From the IMG/VR virus record IMGVR_UViG_3300028591_000005, positions 32,001 through 96,000 of that record: a stretch of DNA of 64,000 nucleotides; one strand, 5' to 3'. Of the stretch, positions 20,928 to 28,718 are shown one piece after another. Source of the stretch: a virus (lineage: Duplodnaviria > Caudoviricetes). A program made the position numbers and the translations under genes. The notes beneath the pieces were generated by a model. That model was given only the letters and a program-made list of their open reading frames with translations, had not been told where the DNA came from and made no database searches. The first letter of the stretch is position 1. Each line of letters opens with the position of its first letter.

Positions 20928-21386
20928 ATGAATAATTTTACGGCTAATTATGCCCAAAGAAACCAATTTTCCAATCCTTACTATAATGTAAACCCAACTT
21001 CAGTAGCCGGTGCTACAACGAACAATATCATATGGGTACAAGGAATTGAAGGTGCGAAGGCCTGGCAGCTTAATCCTAACAGTATGGTTATTTTATTAGA
21101 TAGCGAAGTTGAAGGGAAAATGTACATTAAGGTAAGTGACAATATTGGAATGAGTTCACTAAGAATTTTTAATTATGTAGAAGAAATACCTTCTACTAAT
21201 AATTCTGTAACTGTAAACAATGAATTGGATCTATCGCAATATGTGCGAAAAGATGAACTTCAAACATTGATAAAGGAGGTTATAGATAGTGAACAATCTA
21301 TATCAGGAACTGCGGAGGGGCCAAACTCAAGCAGCACAACCCCAGTTCCCGCAAAACCAAAGGTCGTTACCGTCCTTAAAAAGTAA
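20928..21386 (+). CDS. Conserved hypothetical protein, gene 1 of Cys/Gly-rich operon
   Basis: 152 aa; N/Q-rich N-terminus, 'WVQGIEGAKAW...LLDSE...YIK..D..G' core; AAGGAGG RBS. Confidence 0.75.
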   Translation: MNNFTANYAQRNQFSNPYYNVNPTSVAGATTNNIIWVQGIEGAKAWQLNPNSMVILLDSEVEGKMYIKVSDNIGMSSLRIFNYVEEIPSTNNSVTVNNELDLSQYVRKDELQTLIKEVIDSEQSISGTAEGPNSSSTTPVPAKPKVVTVLKK

Positions 21387-21576
21387 TATGACTCAAATTC
21401 AAGAACTTCTTAAAAATTCTAATCCTAATTCTATTGTTCAAACTCTTCTGAACAACAATCCAAAAATGAAAAACATTATGCAATTAATGAATTCAAGCGG
21501 AATGACTCCTAAACAATTCTTTTATCAATATGCACAACAGAATGGCATAGATCCAGAACAATTTCTTAACTCATAG
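21289..21576 (+). CDS. Q/N/M-rich small helical protein, gene 2
   Basis: 95 aa; GTG start with AAGGAGG RBS; ends 'FYQYAQQNGIDPEQFL'. Confidence 0.7.
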   Translation: MNNLYQELRRGQTQAAQPQFPQNQRSLPSLKSNMTQIQELLKNSNPNSIVQTLLNNNPKMKNIMQLMNSSGMTPKQFFYQYAQQNGIDPEQFLNS

Positions 21577-21588
21577 GAGGTAAATAAT

Positions 21589-22299
21589 ATGGGTGAAAGT
21601 GGACTTAGTGCTAGTGATGTTGCTTTATTAAGTGATAAGAATGGAATGGGCTGTTTTGGAGATTCTTCTTTCTTTTGGATTTTTGCATTATTAATTCTTG
21701 CAGGTGGCGGCTTCGGCGGACTTAACTGGGGAAATAATGGACTTGCTAATGCTATTGGTTATGAAAATTTAGCTACTTCGAATGAAGTTCAGAGAGGCTT
21801 TGATAATCAGAATTCTATGGCTAATCAGAGAGAAATTCTTGCAGCTGTAAATGATGCTTCTGCAAGAGGTATTGCTACTACAAATCAAGTTTATCACGAT
21901 GTAGTTTCTTATATTGGAGATAAATATTCTGAATTAGATAGAGACATTTTAGGAGTAGGTTCTGCTGTTCAGCAGTCAATAGCAAATCAGAATGAATGCT
22001 GCTGCTCAACTAAAATGCTTATTCAGGGTGTTGCTGCAGAGACTAATGCAAATATTGCACAGAATCGTTATGATGCAGCTCTCAATACTGCAGCTATTAA
22101 TGCTAATACTACAGCACAGACTCAAAAGATTCTCGATGCAATCACAGGAAATAGAATGGCAGATATGCAGCAACAGATAAATGCACTTGAGCTTCAGAAT
22201 CAACTTGCTTCTGTTGTACGTTATCCTAACAATACTTTTTACGCTGTACCATCTCCTTGTTTTAATACAGGATGTGGATGCGGATGCGGAAATATCTGA
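21589..22299 (+). CDS. Gly/Cys-rich coiled-coil protein with hydrophobic N-terminal segment, gene 3
   Basis: 236 aa; FFWIFALLILAGGGFGG, long helical region, ECCCS, C-terminal GCGCGC. Confidence 0.8.
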   Translation: MGESGLSASDVALLSDKNGMGCFGDSSFFWIFALLILAGGGFGGLNWGNNGLANAIGYENLATSNEVQRGFDNQNSMANQREILAAVNDASARGIATTNQVYHDVVSYIGDKYSELDRDILGVGSAVQQSIANQNECCCSTKMLIQGVAAETNANIAQNRYDAALNTAAINANTTAQTQKILDAITGNRMADMQQQINALELQNQLASVVRYPNNTFYAVPSPCFNTGCGCGCGNI

Positions 22300-22318
22300 T
22301 GAATAATTAATTAGGCTA

Positions 22319-22344
22319 GGGCGTCGTGTCTTAGACCGACGCCC
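22319..22344 (+). other. GC-rich intra-operon stem-loop
   Basis: GGGCGTCG...CGACGCCC in an AT-rich spacer. Confidence 0.65.
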
Positions 22345-22371
22345 GCACTTTATTTTTAAGGAGGAAAACTA

Positions 22372-22779
22372 ATGAGTAAATCAGCTATATATACTGCGAA
22401 TATGGCATCACAAGATGTTGCTATTGACGGAGTTATTAATCCAGGAACAGTAGTTAGACGTTTTGGGCCAAATGTGGCATTATCTGGAAATGCAATTCAA
22501 ATTTGTGGTCAAGGATATTATGATGTAGACGCTAGTATTACAGTAGCGCCAACTGCAGTTGGTAATGTAACAATTACTATGTATAAAGATGGAGTTCCAG
22601 TGCAAGGCGCGACTGCAACTGGATCGACCTCTACAGCAGATAATCCTATTAATTTATCAATTACATCTATGGTAAGAGAATTTTGCGGATGCTGCAATAG
22701 TATTTCTAATCTTACTTTTGTTTTAACAGGTACCGATTCTGAAGTATCCAATGTTTCTATTGTAGTAGAAAAATTATAA
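22372..22779 (+). CDS. BclA-CTD/C1q-like beta-sandwich protein, gene 4
   Basis: 135 aa all-beta pattern 'IQI..QGYYDVDASITV...ITMYKDGVPVQGA...LSITSMV...SIVVEKL'; CGCC motif. Confidence 0.5.
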   Translation: MSKSAIYTANMASQDVAIDGVINPGTVVRRFGPNVALSGNAIQICGQGYYDVDASITVAPTAVGNVTITMYKDGVPVQGATATGSTSTADNPINLSITSMVREFCGCCNSISNLTFVLTGTDSEVSNVSIVVEKL

Positions 22780-22802
22780 TAATCTTATAAAAGGAGGTAT
22801 CT

Positions 22803-23366
22803 ATGACAATAGAGGAAATCTTTAGCAATATAAGTCAGCATATGATTGAAGGTCTTATGGTACATTCTCAATTAAGTGATTACTTTGCTTTTATAGGATT
22901 AGACGGATATCAAGAATGTCATAAATATCATTATTTTGAAGAAAATAGTAATTATAAAAAGATATGCGATTATTATTTACATCATTATAATAAATTGATT
23001 TTAGATTTACCTTTTAAGAATCCTGCGGTTATCCCTACAAATTGGTATCAATATAATCGTCAAGATGTAAGTGCTCAAACAAGAAAAACCGCTGTTCAAC
23101 TAGCTTTTGAAACATGGGTTAATTGGGAAAAGGACACTAAAAAATTATATGAAAGATTATATCAAGAATTAATTAATTTAAATGAAATCGCTAGTGCAAA
23201 AGAAATATCTAAATATATTATTGATGTTGATGGAGAATTAAAAGAAGCTTATCAAGAACATCTTGAGTTATCTGCAATAGATTATGATATTTTAAATATA
23301 ATGCAAGAACAAAAAGATATAAAAAAGAAATATCATAAAAAATTAAAGGAGATTAGTTATGATTGA
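22803..23366 (+). CDS. Ferritin-like four-helix-bundle protein, gene 5
   Basis: 187 aa helical; E/H clusters HMIEGLMVH, HKYHYFEE, WEKDTK, DVDGEL. Confidence 0.5.
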   Translation: MTIEEIFSNISQHMIEGLMVHSQLSDYFAFIGLDGYQECHKYHYFEENSNYKKICDYYLHHYNKLILDLPFKNPAVIPTNWYQYNRQDVSAQTRKTAVQLAFETWVNWEKDTKKLYERLYQELINLNEIASAKEISKYIIDVDGELKEAYQEHLELSAIDYDILNIMQEQKDIKKKYHKKLKEISYD

Positions 23367-23529
23367 TATAAATGAAATAAATGAAGAAATTCATAAATTA
23401 GAAAATAGTAATTGTACAACTTATGATATATGTAAGAAATTGGCAATATTATATATTGTAAGAGATCATTATTCTAAAACAATGACTACTCAAACTAATT
23501 CTATGATGAAAACTGCTGCCTCAATTTAA
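23359..23529 (+). CDS. Small hypothetical protein, gene 6 (not in ORF track)
   Basis: 56 aa MIDINEINEEIHKLENSNCTTYDICKKLAILYIVRDHY...; AAGGAG RBS, overlaps gene 5 stop. Confidence 0.7.
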   Translation: MIDINEINEEIHKLENSNCTTYDICKKLAILYIVRDHYSKTMTTQTNSMMKTAASI

Positions 23530-23532
23530 ATA

Positions 23533-23577
23533 AAAAAAAATGCCTTGCTATATTAAAATAGCAAGGCATTTTTTTAT
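23533..23577. terminator. Bidirectional terminator at the convergence of + and - gene blocks
   Basis: A-tract-TGCCTTGCTAT...ATAGCAAGGCA-T-tract. Confidence 0.85.
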
Positions 23578-23585
23578 GCTTATTT

Positions 23586-24020
23586 TTATTTAGCACCAGT
23601 GCTTCCAAAACCGCCATCTCCGCGTTCTGTATTGCTAAGTTCATTAACTATTTGAAAATTATTAATTTTAAAATAGGGAATAAGAACTAATTGGGCTATG
23701 CGGGAACCGGCAGTTACCATTTGATGTTCAGTCGAGTCATTATGTAATGCGACTATTAATTCTCCACGATAATCTGAATCTATAACGCCTACAGCATTAG
23801 CAGGACGAAGTCCTTGTTTAGTAGCAATACCGCTCCTTGCAAAAATAGCTCCAAATAATCCTGAAGGTATTTCAACTGCAATTCCAGTTCCTATCTTTAC
23901 TGTTTCATGAGGTGCAATTGTTATATCTTTATCAGTTGCTGCATATAAATCCCATCCAGCAGCCTCTTCACTTCCTCTTGTAGGAATTTTTGCTAAATCA
24001 TTTAATAATTTAATCTTCAT
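23586..24020 (-). CDS. dut: Trimeric dUTPase
   Basis: AAGWDL, ARSG, GVIDSDYRGE, RIAQL, RGDGGFGSTG motifs. Confidence 0.95.
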   Translation of the reverse strand: MKIKLLNDLAKIPTRGSEEAAGWDLYAATDKDITIAPHETVKIGTGIAVEIPSGLFGAIFARSGIATKQGLRPANAVGVIDSDYRGELIVALHNDSTEHQMVTAGSRIAQLVLIPYFKINNFQIVNELSNTERGDGGFGSTGAK

Positions 24021-24297
24021 TTTCCTCTCCTACTGGCTCAGGAAACACCCCATCTTCAACATGGTAATTAACTTCAACAGTTCTATCAGGTTCTTTTATA
24101 TCATTAAATACTTTTGTTAATGTAAGTTTATAAAAAGTATCTACAACTTCACCTTTTGATTTTCTTTCTTTATATTCACTAACATATTTAGTAAGAGTAA
24201 ATCTTTTATCTTTTTTATTCTCTTCAATAAAATCTTTAACTTCTTTTTCAGTATCTACTCGATATGTTTCACAGGTACTTATAAGAAATTTTGACAT
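24010..24297 (-). CDS. Hypothetical protein
   Basis: 95 aa, coupled to dut. Confidence 0.65.
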   Translation of the reverse strand: MSKFLISTCETYRVDTEKEVKDFIEENKKDKRFTLTKYVSEYKERKSKGEVVDTFYKLTLTKVFNDIKEPDRTVEVNYHVEDGVFPEPVGEENED

Positions 24298-25051
24298 TAT
24301 TAGAATCTCCTTTCAATTCTGTTTCAAATTCTTCTATTAATTTTCTTACTTGAGAAAAATCATTATTTTGAGGTCTATCTAAATTTTTAGGAATTAATTT
24401 TAATAATGGAATATTGTTATTTATACAATATTCTTCTTTTTGTAAATCATATTTTTGTCGTTGTTCAAGTGGTACTTTATTAAACACAGAAAATTCTTTA
24501 AAATGCTGAGGACCTTGATATTCTATTAAGTAAAATAATTGATTATTATAAAAAATTGCAAAATCAAATCTTAATCTATTACCTTTATCACTTATAAGAT
24601 TATCAAAAGTATACTCTTTAATAAAAGAAATTTGTTGTTCATTAAGATATTTTTGAATACTTTGTTCTCCCATGGATTTCATACACCCACAAGATTTAGT
24701 ATCCCCATTCCTTAATCTTCTTCCACTAATAGATTTAATAGTACCACATAATTGACATTCACAAATCCAATGAATGCTATTGTCATTAAACTCTTTTGCA
24801 GGAGTTTGATCTTGTCTTAAAACTTTTAAAAATCCATAAATTTTTCCAGTTTCATCAATATAATTATTACAATGCTTACCACAAGAAGTTCTTTTTCCAG
24901 CTCTTAATTCGCTTCCATTAAAAATTTTTTGTTCACCACAAGAGCATTGACAAAGCCACATGGTTTTTCTCATATTTGATTCTCGAATGGGTTTTAAAAC
25001 TTTTAAAGCACCATAAATATTTCCTGTTTCATCTATAAGAGGTCTTGGCAT
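24269..25051 (-). CDS. Free-standing endonuclease (repeated CxC/SCG modules plus PD-(D/E)XK/Vsr-like domain)
   Basis: Two 'G.IYG.LKVL...W.C.C.CG...SCG' repeats; 'LRFDF...LIEYQGPQH'. Confidence 0.7.
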   Translation of the reverse strand: MPRPLIDETGNIYGALKVLKPIRESNMRKTMWLCQCSCGEQKIFNGSELRAGKRTSCGKHCNNYIDETGKIYGFLKVLRQDQTPAKEFNDNSIHWICECQLCGTIKSISGRRLRNGDTKSCGCMKSMGEQSIQKYLNEQQISFIKEYTFDNLISDKGNRLRFDFAIFYNNQLFYLIEYQGPQHFKEFSVFNKVPLEQRQKYDLQKEEYCINNNIPLLKLIPKNLDRPQNNDFSQVRKLIEEFETELKGDSNNVKISYKYL

Positions 25052-25065
25052 TTTATACCCCCTCT

Positions 25066-25335
25066 TTATCTCTCAATAATATTAATTTCTTTTGCTTCGT
25101 AATCATAGTCTGTTATTAATTCATTTTTAAATTTCATAACAAAATCTCGATTTCCGCATAAATTAATTCTATGCACATCATACATAGCACAATATCCATT
25201 AATATCATTTGTTACTTCATCAAGAGGTACGAAATCTTGTTTTACACATTCTCCATTTACATATATGTCAATTTCTTGTAATACCATAAATGGATGGAAA
25301 TTAACTATTAAATTATTAATATTCTTTTTATTCAT
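25066..25335 (-). CDS. Hypothetical protein
   Basis: 89 aa in operon. Confidence 0.6.
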   Translation of the reverse strand: MNKKNINNLIVNFHPFMVLQEIDIYVNGECVKQDFVPLDEVTNDINGYCAMYDVHRINLCGNRDFVMKFKNELITDYDYEAKEINIIER

Positions 25336-25338
25336 AAT

Positions 25339-25692
25339 TTAATCCTTTATATCTATAATTGCATTAGAATAGTCAAACAAATAATAAGCAAAATTTTCTT
25401 CTGTTTCAGGATCTCTAATCCAAATTTCATATGCTCCATCAGGCTGCTTGTCTATTAGAAGAACAAGTCCTCTATTCTTTAATGTAGGAATTAATTCTTT
25501 TACAACCTTTTTACTCTCATCTGTATCTACTGTGCGGAAGACTGTAAAATCATTTCTTTCTCTACACAAGAGCATCCAATAATCTTTTTCAAGCATTTTG
25601 GTTGCAACTTCGCATACTTTGCGATTGAAATTAATAGGATCCATAGGAACTTCATTAGCTATCATTTGTTTAGCCGCTTCATAAAGTGTCAT
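25339..25692 (-). CDS. Hypothetical protein
   Basis: 117 aa, AAGGAG RBS, class I promoter at 25722-25750. Confidence 0.65.
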   Translation of the reverse strand: MTLYEAAKQMIANEVPMDPINFNRKVCEVATKMLEKDYWMLLCRERNDFTVFRTVDTDESKKVVKELIPTLKNRGLVLLIDKQPDGAYEIWIRDPETEENFAYYLFDYSNAIIDIKD

Positions 25693-25727
25693 TTAAAAAT
25701 CTCCTTTTATTTTATATAAATATTATA

Positions 25728-27986
25728 TCATAATTTTTGAGATTTGTCAAATTGATATTGTTTACTATGAACATATCTATCTTTAACTTCTGCTTGTTTA
25801 CCTTTGTTGAATGCGGTTAGATAGTCGCCAGTGAGGTAGCCAGTCACCCGACGCAAACGTTGAATCTTATTGCATCCACACTCAGGACATTCTGCATCAA
25901 TTAATCCAGTATATCCGCATTCAGTACATAGATCATTAGGAAGATTTACTGCAAAATAAGGTATATCATGATCCATAGCATAATTAACAACAGTTTCAAG
26001 TGCATCAAGATTATCAATTACCGCACTTTCAAATTCTACATATGTAATACATCCCGCAGAACTATAACCTGTTAATTGAGATTCAATATCAATTTTTTCA
26101 AAAGGAGATATTTCTTTCCAAACAGGAACGTGCATACTGTTTGTAAAATAATCTCTATCACTTATATCTGGTATTTCTCCATATTTAGCTTTAAATTTCT
26201 GCATTGCAGTATAGCAAAGATTTTCTGCTGGAGTATAATATACACCAAAGTTAAGTTTATATTCCTCTTTAAATTTAGCGCAGCGATCTTTAAATAGCTG
26301 TTCGATACGCTTAGCTAATTCCATTCCTTTTGGTTCTGTATGATCACAACCGATAAGAATCTGAAGTGTTTCAGCAAGACCTATCTGACCTATAGCAAGA
26401 GTCCCATGTTTAAGGGCAGAACGGATTCCTTCTTCGGGAATATATCCAGCCATAGTTCCATTTTCATACATAAACTTCGCGGAAGATGGATCTTGTGAGC
26501 AGATATATTCAAAACGCTCAATAAGCATATCTCTAGCATCATGGATCATTTCGTCAAGAAGCTCCATAAAGCAACGCTCAAGTCGCTCTGGAAATGTAAT
26601 TATATCATAGCCTTTTTGCCATGCTAATTCTTTTGCTTCCATTGCTATTGTTGGAAGAATTATAGTCACAGGGCATATATTGCCACGTCCATCTTTAAGC
26701 TGGCCAAAACCATTTATATCCCAGCCATTCGCTGTGCGGCACCCCATTGTGGAGAAATAAGTCCTAGGGTCATTCTTATCATAACCTGCATTCCCGCTCC
26801 AATCGCAGTTAGCATAGTTAGGGTAGAGTCTTAATGCAGTAGATTTAAGTGCTAATCTATATAAATCATAATTTGGATCTCCAGGTTTACGATTAACACC
26901 ATTCATAAGTTGAAAAATACCACAAGGGAAAATAGGAGTTCTATGAAACTTACCTACTCCTTTAATACTTCCTTCAAGAAGTGCTTTAATTACCATTCTA
27001 CCTTCAGGTAAGGTACAAGTACCATAATTTATTGAGGTAAAAGGTAACTGATTTCCGGATCTAGACTGAAGAGTATTAAGGTTATGATACATTCCTTCAG
27101 CAGCTTGTCGAAGTTCTTTGGTAGTCATATCTATAGCATATTGATATGCATTAGGCTGTTCTTTATATAAAGAACTTTCAATAGATATTTTGTATAATTC
27201 TTCTTTATCATAAATTATTGAGTTGTTAGAAAAATATTTAATTCCATCTAAAAAGTGTTTAGCAAATGACCTTCTTACATATGGAACCATTGTCCAATCT
27301 AAGTGTGTCGCAGAAACGCCGCCAAATTGCTGTAAAGATTGTAACTGAAAGATTACTGCAACTAATTGAAATGCAGTATTAACACTATTCGCAGGACGAA
27401 TATCTGTTTGTCTTGTGTTAAATCCATTTGCAAGTAGATCGTCAAAAGGAACAGACAAGCAGTTATGCATACCAATAGCATAACTATCTAAGTCATGAAT
27501 ATAAATTTCATTATTTAGATGTCTTTCTCTTGATTTCTTAGACATACAATTATCAAGAGCAAATTCTTTCATTAAGACAGAATCAGCTTCGCCCTTGCGC
27601 CCACCAAAACTATGTTCATCAACATTTGCATTTTGGTTCTGAACATTACTAGCCTGAAGTTTTTCTTTAATAACCGACATCATATGGTTATTCCATTTCC
27701 GCTCATTATCTCTATCATGGCGGTATTCGATATATGCGGTTGCTACATCTTTTCTTTTAGTAGCCATAAGCCCATGTTCAACAAGAGATTGAATGTCATC
27801 TATTGTTAATTCATTGGGAGCGCCTTCCATATAACCTTCAATATAATCAGCTATATTCTGAGCCTTTTCTTCAGCATAGTCTGATGATTTTCCATCAACT
27901 GCAATAAAAGCTTTCATTACCGCATCTTTTATTTTCTGTGGATTGAATGGTTGACGAACACCATCTCTTTTAATTATATAATACAT
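25728..27986 (-). CDS. nrdD: Anaerobic (class III) ribonucleotide reductase with ATP cone
   Basis: N-terminal IIKRDG ATP cone, IYIHDLD, MGCRT, TPAENL, C-terminal CxxC..CxxC and RVTGYL glycyl-radical loop. Confidence 0.95.
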   Translation of the reverse strand: MYYIIKRDGVRQPFNPQKIKDAVMKAFIAVDGKSSDYAEEKAQNIADYIEGYMEGAPNELTIDDIQSLVEHGLMATKRKDVATAYIEYRHDRDNERKWNNHMMSVIKEKLQASNVQNQNANVDEHSFGGRKGEADSVLMKEFALDNCMSKKSRERHLNNEIYIHDLDSYAIGMHNCLSVPFDDLLANGFNTRQTDIRPANSVNTAFQLVAVIFQLQSLQQFGGVSATHLDWTMVPYVRRSFAKHFLDGIKYFSNNSIIYDKEELYKISIESSLYKEQPNAYQYAIDMTTKELRQAAEGMYHNLNTLQSRSGNQLPFTSINYGTCTLPEGRMVIKALLEGSIKGVGKFHRTPIFPCGIFQLMNGVNRKPGDPNYDLYRLALKSTALRLYPNYANCDWSGNAGYDKNDPRTYFSTMGCRTANGWDINGFGQLKDGRGNICPVTIILPTIAMEAKELAWQKGYDIITFPERLERCFMELLDEMIHDARDMLIERFEYICSQDPSSAKFMYENGTMAGYIPEEGIRSALKHGTLAIGQIGLAETLQILIGCDHTEPKGMELAKRIEQLFKDRCAKFKEEYKLNFGVYYTPAENLCYTAMQKFKAKYGEIPDISDRDYFTNSMHVPVWKEISPFEKIDIESQLTGYSSAGCITYVEFESAVIDNLDALETVVNYAMDHDIPYFAVNLPNDLCTECGYTGLIDAECPECGCNKIQRLRRVTGYLTGDYLTAFNKGKQAEVKDRYVHSKQYQFDKSQKL

Positions 27987-27995
27987 ATTTTCCTC

Positions 27996-28048
27996 CTAGA
28001 TATTGTTATTTTAAGGATTATAATATATATAAAAATTACAATATATTG
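27996..28048 (-). promoter_or_regulatory. Tandem NrdR-box-like sites upstream of nrdD
   Basis: CAATATATTG (28039-28048) and CAATATCTAG (rc of 27996-28005), the latter abutting the RBS. Confidence 0.55.
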
Positions 28049-28095
28049 ATTAATCAGTTTTGTTATAACAGTATTGTTATTTATTATCTTTATTA

Positions 28096-28449
28096 TCAAC
28101 ACCATACTTGAGGAGGTGCAGGAGGGTATGGAGTAGTTGATAGGGGCTGAAATTGATTATTAGGATCTGTATTTATAATTTTCATTGTAGATGGTATTAT
28201 AGTAGAATTCTTTTCTTTTTCTTCTAATTCTTTATATTTTCTCATATACCAGTCAGATTTCTTTAAATCTTCTTCACCATTCTTATCTGACGCACGATAT
28301 CTATACTTCCATACATTACAAAGGCAGAAATTCTTTACAGCTTCAACACCAAAGACGAGAACCATTTCGTCAATAGACTCCATACCGCCTTCTCTACAAT
28401 AATGTTTAGGATGATTAACTACATCATTTTCATTTGGGGATAATGCCAT
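28096..28449 (-). CDS. DUF3310 (SaV-like) protein
   Basis: 'DVVNHPKHY...ESID...NVWKY.YR...KNGEEDLKKS.WY'. Confidence 0.8.
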   Translation of the reverse strand: MALSPNENDVVNHPKHYCREGGMESIDEMVLVFGVEAVKNFCLCNVWKYRYRASDKNGEEDLKKSDWYMRKYKELEEKEKNSTIIPSTMKIINTDPNNQFQPLSTTPYPPAPPQVWC

Positions 28450-28450
28450 A

Positions 28451-28669
28451 TTATTTTATTTCCTCCTTAATAATATTCTTATCATTTGGACATAAATATT
28501 TTATAAGTTTAAATGAATGTTTCTCATAATCTTGAATATTATTACTTATTCCTATATCAGTAAATTTAGGAATATAAGTTTCTGCTATAACTTCTCTCTT
28601 TTCACAATTAGCTAAGCATATTTCATGTCTGCAAACAGGACAATACATAAAATCTTTACTTGGTATCAT
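28451..28669 (-). CDS. Small Zn-ribbon-like hypothetical protein
   Basis: 72 aa, CPVC and CPND. Confidence 0.55.
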   Translation of the reverse strand: MIPSKDFMYCPVCRHEICLANCEKREVIAETYIPKFTDIGISNNIQDYEKHSFKLIKYLCPNDKNIIKEEIK

Positions 28670-28718
28670 AAATTCTCCTTAAGGGTCCGTCTATGAAATT
28701 CATAGACGGAATCCCCAC

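Noticed and set aside
19750-20930. CRISPR array or mini-array
   Set aside because: No regularly spaced direct repeats; the repeats are promoters and hairpins
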